64,000 nt of DNA from an uncultured Corynebacterium sp. (GTDB lineage: Bacteria; Actinomycetota; Actinomycetes; Mycobacteriales; Mycobacteriaceae). Below the pieces are notes generated by a model. The model made no database searches. It was given only the letters and a program-made list of their open reading frames with translations, and had not been told where the DNA came from. The stretch spans positions 2,037-66,036 of the forward strand of contig NZ_CALUCS010000008.1 of the NCBI RefSeq assembly GCF_943914615.1, written 5' to 3'. Below are positions 55,749 through 64,000 of the stretch, piece after piece. The number at the start of each line of letters is the position of its first letter. Positions within the stretch are counted from its first letter, which is position 1. Position numbers and translations under genes: made by a program.

Positions 55749-57338
55749 GTGAGTAACACCCGTCCGGTAGTCCTCATCGCCGACAAGCTGTCCCAGTCCA
55801 CCGTCGATGCCCTCGGCGATTCCGTCGAGGTTCGCTGGGTCGACGGCCCGAACCGCCCCGAACTGCTGAAGGCAGTCGCAGACGCGGACGCGCTGCTGGT
55901 CCGCTCTGCAACCACCGTCGACGCCGAGGTGCTCGAGGCAGCGCCGAAGCTGCAGATCGTCGGCCGCGCAGGCGTGGGCCTGGACAACGTTGACATCGAC
56001 ACCGCTACCTCCCGCGGTGTGATGGTCGCCAACGCTCCGACCTCCAACATCCACTCTGCCTGCGAGCACGCAATCAGCCTGCTGCTGTCCACCGCCCGCC
56101 AGATCCCCGCCGCCGATAAGACCCTGCGCGACGGCGAGTGGAAGCGCTCCTCCTTCAAGGGTGTGGAGATCCTGGGCAAGACCGTCGGCATCGTTGGCTT
56201 CGGCCACATCGGCCAGCTGTTTGCACAGCGCCTGGCCGCTTTCGAGACGGACATCATCGCCTACGACCCGTACGCTAACCCCGCCCGCGCTGCACAGCTG
56301 GGCGTGGAGCTGGTGGAGCTGGAAGAGCTGATGAGCCGCTCCGACTTCGTGACCATCCACCTGCCGAAGACTAAGGAAACCGCGGGCATGTTCGACGCGG
56401 ACCTGCTGGCAAAGTCCAAGAAGGGGCAGATCATCATCAACGCCGCCCGCGGCGGCCTGGTGGACGAGGCAGCCCTGGCGGAGGCCATCAAGTCCGGCCA
56501 CATCCGCGGCGCCGGCTTCGACGTGTACGCCTCCGAGCCGTGCACCGACTCCCCGCTGTTTGAGCTGGAAGAGGTCGTCGTTACCCCGCACCTGGGCGCT
56601 TCCACCGTGGAGGCACAGGACCGCGCGGGCACCGACGTTGCCGCTTCCGTTCTGAAGGCCCTGGCCGGCGACTTCGTGCCGGACGCCGTTAACGTCTCCG
56701 GCGGCAAGGTCTCCGAGGAAGTTGCCCTGTGGCTGAACCTGGCCACCAACCTGGGTCGCGTTGCCTCCGAGCTGCTGAACAGCGCCCCGAACACTGTGAC
56801 CGTCACCGCCCGCGGCGAGCTGTCCTCCGAGTCCGTCGACGCGCTGGGTCTGGCTGGTCTGCGCGGCGTGTTCTCCGGCGTGATCGACGAGCAGGTCACC
56901 TTCGTCAACGCCCCGCAGATCGCCGAGGAGCGCGGCGTGGAGCTGGACGTGAAGACCCAGGACGAGTCCGTCAGCCACCGCTCCATCCTGGAGGTTCAGG
57001 TAGTCGCCGCCGATGGCACCACCGCCACCGTCGCTGGCGCGCTGACCGGCCTGGAGCACGTGGAGAAGATCGTCCGCATCAACCACCGCGGCCTGGACCT
57101 GCGCGCCACTGGCACGAACCTGTTCCTGGCATACCCGGATCAGCCGGGCGCGCTGGGCAAGGTCGGTACGCTGCTGGGTAACAAGGGCATCAACATCGAC
57201 GCCGCCGCGCTGTCCCCAACGGACGATGAGCAGACGGCAACGCTGGTTCTGCGCGTAAGCGAGAACCTGGACCAGCAGCTGGTCGAAGAGGTCAAGGCAG
57301 AGCTGAACGCCTCCAACGCATTCGTTCTGAACCTCTAA
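55749..57338 (+). CDS. serA: D-3-phosphoglycerate dehydrogenase
   Basis: NAD-binding GFGHIGQ, catalytic region and C-terminal ACT domain. GTG start after TAGGGAGAAA. Confidence 0.95.
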   Translation: MSNTRPVVLIADKLSQSTVDALGDSVEVRWVDGPNRPELLKAVADADALLVRSATTVDAEVLEAAPKLQIVGRAGVGLDNVDIDTATSRGVMVANAPTSNIHSACEHAISLLLSTARQIPAADKTLRDGEWKRSSFKGVEILGKTVGIVGFGHIGQLFAQRLAAFETDIIAYDPYANPARAAQLGVELVELEELMSRSDFVTIHLPKTKETAGMFDADLLAKSKKGQIIINAARGGLVDEAALAEAIKSGHIRGAGFDVYASEPCTDSPLFELEEVVVTPHLGASTVEAQDRAGTDVAASVLKALAGDFVPDAVNVSGGKVSEEVALWLNLATNLGRVASELLNSAPNTVTVTARGELSSESVDALGLAGLRGVFSGVIDEQVTFVNAPQIAEERGVELDVKTQDESVSHRSILEVQVVAADGTTATVAGALTGLEHVEKIVRINHRGLDLRATGTNLFLAYPDQPGALGKVGTLLGNKGINIDAAALSPTDDEQTATLVLRVSENLDQQLVEEVKAELNASNAFVLNL

Positions 57339-57373
57339 ACCGCGAGGCTGGGCTTCACGCCCAGTACGTGTGA

Positions 57374-57404
57374 GGCCGGGCAGTTGTTGCCCGGCCTTTT
57401 TCTT
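57374..57404 (+). terminator. Rho-independent terminator of serA
   Basis: GGCCGGGCAGTTGTTGCCCGGCC hairpin followed by TTTTTCTT. Confidence 0.75.
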
Positions 57405-57452
57405 GCGTTCTTTTATGGATTGATCTTTTATGGACGCCCCCCGGTCGCGCGA

Positions 57453-59099
57453 CTACAGGTACTGCTGCACCTTCTGCGCGATATCCGGCCACTTGAGGTC
57501 GAGCCTGCGGGAGGCGCGACGATTCATGATCCAGGCGGCGCCGACGACGATCACCCAGTGCAGCAACACGCCCAGCCAGCTGAGCAGGGGAATGGCGGCA
57601 ATGCTGTTTTTCGCTCCGTCTGCCGTGGCTAGCGGAATCAGCGCTAATAGCCCGCCCGGCAGGAAAGAGACGGTCAGGATCAGCATCGTCACCAGCGCGG
57701 AGATTATTGCGTTGCTGCCCCCGTTGCGCTGCTTGAAGGAGTTGGTTCCCGGCGCGGTGGTTTGAGCGGGGAAGCGGGTGGCGCTGAAGTTCGCCATTGC
57801 GGAGGCGATGACGATGCACCCCAGGGTGAGAAGGCTAACCAGTAACCAGGTAGCGCTAAAGCCGTCGATGGCTCCGGCGGCGATGCAGACGACAAGCCAG
57901 ATCGGCAGTAGTACCGTCACGGTGGAGAGGCTGCGGCTGGCGACAATCTGCCTGCCGCGCACTCCGGCGACCATGTGCACCCAGTTGGAGGGGCCGTCCA
58001 TGCCCAGGGAATTGCCAGCGACCTGCTGCGGCCCGAGGGATACGAAGAACAGGGCGAACCACAGCATCCAGTGGCTGGTCTCGTTGAGCATTCCCATCAG
58101 TAGGTACAACCCGCAGATGACGACCACGACCATCAGGCTCATCATGAAGCGGTTGTCCCGGCGCCAGAAGCGAATCTCGCGGGAATACAGCGCGCCGACG
58201 GGGGAGCCAGGGACACGTGGCAGCAGCAGGCTATCGCCCTTCGCAGCGCGAGTGGCGTGCTGCGGAGGCAGTGGGTTGTTGAGGTCGTGCTTGACCGCCA
58301 CGCGCATTATGTAAGCCACGGCGAGGATCGCCACAAGGCAGATCGCGCCCTTGGCAAGGCCGGTGCCGACGCCACCGTCTCCGACACCGGCCATGTCAAC
58401 AGCCGCTCCGGCTGCGGCGGCGAAGGGTGTCCAGGAAAGGACGTCAGCACTGGTCTTGATGGCCGCGGTGGGGTCGGTTCCGTCGGCCAGCAACTGAGGT
58501 AAGAGGTACAACGCAAGGAAGCCGAAGGTGACGATGAACCCGGCGACGTTTCCCCACAGTTCGTTGAACTTGGTGGCAATACTGCTGAGCGCGGCGGCCA
58601 GCGCCTCGCCCGCCAGCAGGGTGATCACCAGCTGGAGTACGCATGCCAGCACCCACAGTGCGCCGGCGCCCGCGGAGGCTACCTCCGCGAATGCGAGATA
58701 TCCGAGGGTGGCCATGATGATGGTGTTCACCAGCGAGATCACCGCCCGCGAGTTGATGAACATCGCCGTGACCATGCCCGGCAAGATGTCCCGGTCGGTC
58801 AGGGGCAGGGAGCTGAACATGCGTGGGTCCAGCATCCGTTCCTCGCTGGGGAAAATGGCCGACATGGCTAGGTAGAGCACGCTGCCGAGCCCCATCGTCA
58901 GCACGAACATCGCTGGGTCTCCATCGTTGACAAGCACCCCGTAGCTGCTGAAGCCTAGCCCGATACAGCCCATCACTGCAGTGATGGTTATGGCCACCGA
59001 GGCGATGATCATCTGCAGGTTGCCCACGAACGCGTGCGCCCACAGTTTGCAGTGGAGTTTCAGGAGGGTTTTAGTCTTCGACACCGGCCTGCCCCTCAT
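57453..59099 (-). CDS. ABC-2-type transporter permease (about 12 TM)
   Basis: Large polytopic membrane protein immediately downstream of the ABC ATPase. The annotated start overlaps the ATPase stop by 29 bp, so the true start may be an internal Met. Confidence 0.6.
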   Translation of the reverse strand: MRGRPVSKTKTLLKLHCKLWAHAFVGNLQMIIASVAITITAVMGCIGLGFSSYGVLVNDGDPAMFVLTMGLGSVLYLAMSAIFPSEERMLDPRMFSSLPLTDRDILPGMVTAMFINSRAVISLVNTIIMATLGYLAFAEVASAGAGALWVLACVLQLVITLLAGEALAAALSSIATKFNELWGNVAGFIVTFGFLALYLLPQLLADGTDPTAAIKTSADVLSWTPFAAAAGAAVDMAGVGDGGVGTGLAKGAICLVAILAVAYIMRVAVKHDLNNPLPPQHATRAAKGDSLLLPRVPGSPVGALYSREIRFWRRDNRFMMSLMVVVVICGLYLLMGMLNETSHWMLWFALFFVSLGPQQVAGNSLGMDGPSNWVHMVAGVRGRQIVASRSLSTVTVLLPIWLVVCIAAGAIDGFSATWLLVSLLTLGCIVIASAMANFSATRFPAQTTAPGTNSFKQRNGGSNAIISALVTMLILTVSFLPGGLLALIPLATADGAKNSIAAIPLLSWLGVLLHWVIVVGAAWIMNRRASRRLDLKWPDIAQKVQQYL

Positions 59100-59961
59100 G
59101 TCGTGCGCTTGGCTGCTCGCCGCCGCGTAGCCAGCTGAAGGATTCCGTGTTCAGCTGTTTGCCACCCACGGCCTCGACGAAGCGCTCGGATAGCGACTTG
59201 CCCGCACGTACCTGCTCGGTGGTTCCAGCGGCGACGACGGTGCCCTGGTTAATGATCGCCACGTGGTCGCACAGCCCCTCGACCAGCTCCATCACGTGCG
59301 AGCTGAGGATCACGGTGCCGCCGGCTGCCACGTAGCGTCGTAGGATCGTGCGGATCACCTCGCCGGATACCGGATCCACGGCCTCGAAAGGCTCGTCCAG
59401 GATCAGAACCTCCGGGCTGTGCAGCAGGGCGCCGGCCAGCAGGATCTTTTTCTTCATGCCCGCGGAGTAGTCGGCGATGTACTTCTTGCCCGCGTCCTCT
59501 AGGTCGAGTGCCTGCAGCAGGTCTGCGATGCGCTGCTGCAGTTCCTCACCGGGGATGTCGCGCAGGTAGCCCAGGTATTCCAGATATTCCTTGCCGCTGA
59601 GGCGTTCGAACACGGGGAGTCCGTCGACCAGCAGCCCATAGCTGCGCTTGGCCGCCAGAATTTCCTCTTCTACCTGCGTGCCTTCGGCGGGGTCGGCCCA
59701 CAGGGGGTGCCCGGCGACCCAGGAGTTGCCACTGTCGGGCCGAATGATGCCCGTTGCTGCGAGGATGGCGGTGGTCTTGCCCGCCCCGTTGGGGCCGACG
59801 ATGCCGTAGAAGCTGCCCTTCGGCACGGTCAGGTTGAGGCTATTCACCGCGACTTTGTTCGCGAAGGTTTTCACCAGGTTGCGGATGACCAGCGCTGCGT
59901 CACCGACCTCCGCGTTGGGGGATGAGTGTGAGGGATATGGCTGAAAAGTCATGCGCGCCAT
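59071..59961 (-). CDS. ABC transporter ATP-binding protein (ABC-2 exporter type)
   Basis: GPNGAGKTT, signature YSAGMKKKILLAGAL, ILDEPFEAVD. Confidence 0.85.
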   Translation of the reverse strand: MARMTFQPYPSHSSPNAEVGDAALVIRNLVKTFANKVAVNSLNLTVPKGSFYGIVGPNGAGKTTAILAATGIIRPDSGNSWVAGHPLWADPAEGTQVEEEILAAKRSYGLLVDGLPVFERLSGKEYLEYLGYLRDIPGEELQQRIADLLQALDLEDAGKKYIADYSAGMKKKILLAGALLHSPEVLILDEPFEAVDPVSGEVIRTILRRYVAAGGTVILSSHVMELVEGLCDHVAIINQGTVVAAGTTEQVRAGKSLSERFVEAVGGKQLNTESFSWLRGGEQPSARHEGQAGVED

Positions 59962-60042
59962 TTTATGTTGGTTCGCGAGCGGTGTCCGGACGACATGCTA
60001 TTGTTCTAGGTGACCAACTAGTGAGACAAAGGAGTTCATACA

Positions 60043-61059
60043 GTGAAACTCGCAGTGATTGCCGGCGATGGCATCGGCACCGAAGTGACCGCCGAGGCCC
60101 TGAAGGTTCTGCACGCTCTGCGTGATGACGTGGAGACCACCGATTACGACCTCGGCGCCCGCCGCTACCTGCGCAATGGTGAACTCCTGACTGACAAGGA
60201 TCTGGACTCCCTGCGCGAGCACGACGCTATCCTGCTCGGCGCCATCGGCGACCCCCGCACCGTGCCCGTCGGCGTGCTGGAGCGTGGCCTGCTGCTGCCG
60301 CTGCGCTTCAAGCTGGACCACGCGGTGAACCTCCGCCCGTCGAAGCTGTACCCGGGTTCCTCCAGCCCGCTGGCCCACCCGGGCGACATTGACTTCGTCG
60401 TCGTGCGAGAGGGGACCGAGGGCCTCTATTGCGGTAACGGCGGCACACTGCGTGCGGGCACTGACTACGAGGTGGCGTCCGAAGTATCCCAAAACACCTA
60501 CTACGGCGTGGAGCGCGTGGTGCGCGATGCGTTCGAACGTGCGCAGAGCAGGCGTAAGAAGCTGACCTGGGTACACAAGACGAACGTGCTGGTGAACGCT
60601 GGTTCCCTTTGGCAGCGCGCCATCGAAACGGTGGGGCAGGAGTACCCCGAGGTGCAGGTGGACTACAACCACATCGACGCAGCGACGATCTACATGGTCA
60701 CCAAGCCGCAGGAGTACGACGTGATCGTCACGGATAACCTGTTCGGCGACATCCTGACCGACCTGGCGGGCGCCGTGACCGGCGGCATCGGCCTGGCGGC
60801 CTCCGGCAACATTGATCCCTCGCGGAAGAACCCCTCCATGTTCGAGCCGGTGCACGGCTCTGCGCCGGACATCGCGGGCCAGGGTATTGCCGACCCGTGC
60901 GCGGCGATCCTGTCGGTGGCGCTGATGCTGCGCCACCTGGGCGACGATGCCAACGCAGAGCGCATCGAGGCGGCCGTGCTGGCCGAGGCCGGTTCGCGCG
61001 ACGGCGGCCCGGTGAAGACCGCGGAGGTCGGCGACCGCGTGGTCGCAAACCTCAAGTAG
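60043..61059 (+). CDS. leuB: 3-isopropylmalate dehydrogenase
   Basis: [15 protein letters not shown]... and the NLFGDILTD motif. Confidence 0.95.
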   Translation: MKLAVIAGDGIGTEVTAEALKVLHALRDDVETTDYDLGARRYLRNGELLTDKDLDSLREHDAILLGAIGDPRTVPVGVLERGLLLPLRFKLDHAVNLRPSKLYPGSSSPLAHPGDIDFVVVREGTEGLYCGNGGTLRAGTDYEVASEVSQNTYYGVERVVRDAFERAQSRRKKLTWVHKTNVLVNAGSLWQRAIETVGQEYPEVQVDYNHIDAATIYMVTKPQEYDVIVTDNLFGDILTDLAGAVTGGIGLAASGNIDPSRKNPSMFEPVHGSAPDIAGQGIADPCAAILSVALMLRHLGDDANAERIEAAVLAEAGSRDGGPVKTAEVGDRVVANLK

Positions 61060-61129
61060 TCCGACGGCTAGCTGGTGGCAGCCTGCGCCCGCTCGCGGTG
61101 CGCCCTGCTACCACGCCTGCAGCCTGCGG

Positions 61130-62827
61130 CTACTGCGCGCGCAGCGTCTTCGACCACAGCTCCTTGCCACGGGTGGTGAACAGGCGGACGGTCAGATCCT
61201 TCGACCCGCCGTCGATGTCCACCTCTCCGAAGTGCTGGAAATCATCCAACGGCGAGGAGTTTTGCTTATCCTTCGCCGGAGCGTGCACGTAAACGACCTC
61301 CGGGCCGAAAGTGCCGTCCATGTCGTTCGGGCCGAAGCCGCCGGCGTTCAGCGGGCCGGTGACGAACTCCCAGAACGGTGCGAAATCCTGGAAGTCCGCA
61401 CGATCCGGCGAGTAGTGGTGGGCGGCGGTGTAGTGCACGTCGGCGGTCAGCCACACCACGTTGCGCACGTCCTTGATTCCGCTGAGCACGCGCCCGATCT
61501 CCGCCTCGCGGCCGACGGCCTTGCCGCCCGCTCCGTTGGACACGCCCTCCTGGTCGTCCCCATCCGGCACCACGATGCCCAGTGGTAGGTCGTTGGCGAT
61601 GATCTTCCACGTGGCGGTGGAGTTCTTTACTCCCTCAATCAGCCACTTTTCCTGCTTGGCTCCCAGGATCTGCCCCGGCTTTGTGGCAGAAGCTCCGCTG
61701 TCAGGGTTGCGGTCCTTGTAGCTGCGCATATCCAGCACGAAGATGTCCAGCAGGGAGCCGTAGGAAATCTTGCGGTACACGCGGCCATCCACGGCCATCT
61801 TCCGGTCCAGTGGCTGCCACTCGTGGAATGCCTGGAAGCCGCGCTGTGCCAGCAGATTCACATCCTTGACCTGGTACTTGTCGTCCTCCAGGATCTCGCC
61901 GGGATACCAGTTGTTCGTAGTCTCGTGGTCGTCCCACTGCACCACCTGCGCGACCTGAGAATTGAAACGCTTGTAGTTCTCGTCCAGCAGGTTGTAGGCG
62001 TGCTGACCGCGGAACTCCTCTAGGGTCTCGGCCACCTTGTTCTTGTACGGGCTGGTGAGGTTCTTGAATACTCGCCCGTCATCCATCTTGTGGTTTTCCT
62101 CGATCGGCCCGTCGGCGTAGACGGTATCGCCGGAGTGGATAAACAGGTCCGGGTTGCGGTCTGCCATCGTCTTCCAGCAGTACATGCCGCCGATGTCCGG
62201 GTTGATGCCGTAGCCCTGGCCCGCCACGTCGCCGGACCAGTGCAGGCGGATGTTCTTCGGCGCCTGGTTGGTGGAAGGCGCGGTGGTGAAGCTGCCGATC
62301 ACCGGCACGGAGCGTGCGGCGGTGTGCTGATCCTCCATGGTCACGCGGTAGTGGATCTTCTGGCCGGGTTCCATGCCAACCAGGCGCAGCCGCCCGGTGC
62401 CGTCGCTCTCCGGGGTGAGGGTGGCGCCGCGGAAAGTCTTGGTCTTGTGGCGCGGGAATGTCGGATCCGTTGATGCTTCTACGACCATGCGCGCCGGTCG
62501 ATCGACGCGCGCCCATACAAGGCCGCCGTCGGGTCGGACATCGCCGGTAGCGACGCCATGAGTGATCACCGGCCGGGAGCGCTGCAACCCAACTGAGCCG
62601 ATCGCCCCGCTGGAACCTACTGAGGATCCGGCGGCGGAGCCAGCCACACTGCCGGCCTGCGAGCCGAGAGCGTGCGCCACGCCCGTGCCCAGTAGGGCAG
62701 CGCCGGTGGCGCTGGCGCCGGCCAGGAACGTGCGGCGGGTGGTGCTGCGGGAGTTGGAAGGGGTTGAGGAATTAGGGAGTTGTGGATTAACGCTGCGATT
62801 CGTCATAGCGGCCAAGCTAACGGCCAA
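61130..62827 (-). CDS. phoD: PhoD-family alkaline phosphatase/phosphodiesterase, Tat-secreted
   Basis: Twin-arginine signal TRRTFLAGASATGAALLG and a PhoD metallophosphatase core. Confidence 0.8.
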   Translation of the reverse strand: MAVSLAAMTNRSVNPQLPNSSTPSNSRSTTRRTFLAGASATGAALLGTGVAHALGSQAGSVAGSAAGSSVGSSGAIGSVGLQRSRPVITHGVATGDVRPDGGLVWARVDRPARMVVEASTDPTFPRHKTKTFRGATLTPESDGTGRLRLVGMEPGQKIHYRVTMEDQHTAARSVPVIGSFTTAPSTNQAPKNIRLHWSGDVAGQGYGINPDIGGMYCWKTMADRNPDLFIHSGDTVYADGPIEENHKMDDGRVFKNLTSPYKNKVAETLEEFRGQHAYNLLDENYKRFNSQVAQVVQWDDHETTNNWYPGEILEDDKYQVKDVNLLAQRGFQAFHEWQPLDRKMAVDGRVYRKISYGSLLDIFVLDMRSYKDRNPDSGASATKPGQILGAKQEKWLIEGVKNSTATWKIIANDLPLGIVVPDGDDQEGVSNGAGGKAVGREAEIGRVLSGIKDVRNVVWLTADVHYTAAHHYSPDRADFQDFAPFWEFVTGPLNAGGFGPNDMDGTFGPEVVYVHAPAKDKQNSSPLDDFQHFGEVDIDGGSKDLTVRLFTTRGKELWSKTLRAQ

Positions 62828-62990
62828 ACTTGTCGGAGCCGTGGCAAGCGCGTTAATCGCGGATTACGTGAAAACAAATTCATGGTTAATGGTCGGGGAG
62901 AAGGCGGCGTCATAAAGAAGAACAAGGACAAGACCGCAAAGAAGGGGCATAGCAAGAGGTAGAAGGGGCAATGGAGTAGGGTGTGGAAAC

Positions 62991-63803
62991 ATGCGTATTG
63001 CTCGAATTGCACACCCCGAGGGCATGGCCTTCGCGATCGTGGAAGGCGGCCAGCCGGACGGCACCGGCGCTACCCTCCGCGAGATCGCAGGCCACCCGTT
63101 CGGACAGCCCGAATTCACCGGAAAATCCTGGCCTATCGAAGACGTTCGACTGCTGGCCCCGATCCTGCCGTCGAAGGTTATTGCCGTCGGGCGCAACTAC
63201 GCTGACCACGTCGAGGAGGTGTTCAACAAGAGCGCCGAGCACCTGCCGCCGACGATCTTCCTGAAGCCCCCGACAGCCGTCGTTGGCCCCGAGGCGCCTA
63301 TCCGTATCCCCGAGTGGGCCACGCGCGTGGAGTTCGAAGGCGAGATGGCGATCGTTATCGGCCGTCCGTGCAAGGACGTCAACCGGAACAACTGGAAGGA
63401 CGTGGTGCTGGGGTTCACCGTCGTCAACGACGTTTCCTCTCGCGACCTGCAGTTCCAGGACGGTCAGTGGTCCCGTGCGAAGGGGCTGGATTCCTTCTGC
63501 CCGCTGGGCCCGTGGATCGAAACGGCTGTGGACAGCATCGACATCGACAATCAGCCGATCCTGGCGCACCTCACCCACGAGGGCAAGACGGAAACCAAGC
63601 AGGATTCCAACTCCAACCAGATGATCAAGTCCATCCCGGAGATCGTCGAGTGGGTTTCCTCCGCATTCACGCTGCTGCCGGGCGATGTGATCTGCACCGG
63701 CTCGCCCGCCGGCACCGCAGAGATGGTTCCGGGCGACCGGATTGAGGTGGAGATTCCGGGGCTAGGCAAGCTGGCCAACCCGGTTCAGGCCTACGGCAAG
63801 TAG
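62991..63803 (+). CDS. Fumarylacetoacetate hydrolase (FAH) family protein
   Basis: The FEGEMAIVIG motif and C-terminal metal-binding region typical of the FAH / HpcE-like fold. Confidence 0.8.
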   Translation: MRIARIAHPEGMAFAIVEGGQPDGTGATLREIAGHPFGQPEFTGKSWPIEDVRLLAPILPSKVIAVGRNYADHVEEVFNKSAEHLPPTIFLKPPTAVVGPEAPIRIPEWATRVEFEGEMAIVIGRPCKDVNRNNWKDVVLGFTVVNDVSSRDLQFQDGQWSRAKGLDSFCPLGPWIETAVDSIDIDNQPILAHLTHEGKTETKQDSNSNQMIKSIPEIVEWVSSAFTLLPGDVICTGSPAGTAEMVPGDRIEVEIPGLGKLANPVQAYGK

Positions 63804-64000
63804 GCCCAGCGTGCGGCCGGTGGCTTCTCGCGCGCCCCGGCTCGCCAGCCGCGTGGTCAGCACCGGTCGGCTTTGTTGTGGTCTTCTGGGACGAGGGCGT
63901 TGACTTTGGCGAGTTGATCTCGTCCGAAATTGCACTGCATGGCGATCTTAAGTGGATCGTCGGGCGGCTGTTTTTTGAGGCAGGTACCACTCGAGCATTT

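Noticed and set aside
55290-57086. 598-aa minus-strand ORF
   Set aside because: Antisense to serA and the COG0523 gene.

Overview
This is a high-GC actinobacterial chromosome segment, almost certainly Corynebacterium. Gene content and order match the C. glutamicum core region glgB-glgE / etfBA / nifS-mnmA / ligA / gatCA / pfkA / gatB / ilvD / mscCG(yggB) / ilvBNC / serA / leuB. About 50 CDSs are supported; no rRNA, tRNA or CRISPR was seen. Most of the window is housekeeping metabolism: glycogen/alpha-glucan, branched-chain amino acid synthesis with a recognisable ilvB leader-peptide attenuator, Glu-tRNA(Gln) amidotransferase, and DtxR- and Zur-regulated metal uptake. Several regions are not explained by the core annotation. 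(1) A dispersed family of short AT-rich sequences with the core GGCGTCA + W-rich + TAAAGA(A/C) recurs at 20 or more sites. It occurs in both orientations, inside unrelated CDSs and at gene ends; the copies that lie on the coding strand are read in-frame as Ala-Ser-x-x-Lys using codons that are rare for this genome. (2) A COG1672/PF01637-like AAA ATPase with a C-terminal wHTH is inserted antisense between etfBA and nifS-mnmA, preceded by a triple TTAGATCT repeat. (3) gatC and gatA are split by a 173-bp AT-rich tandem-repeat spacer. (4) A DUF222/HNH (REP13E12-like) gene is full of internal tandem repeats and is preceded by a 3 x 32-bp array. (5) The ilvB leader is unusually long (about 860 bp), with two tandem-repeat arrays and an apparently leaderless leader-peptide ORF. 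(6) Three proteins carry large low-complexity extensions: an MscS-family channel, a DoxX protein and a UvrA2 paralogue. Every functional call here is inferred from reading the translated ORFs and motifs; no database search was run.
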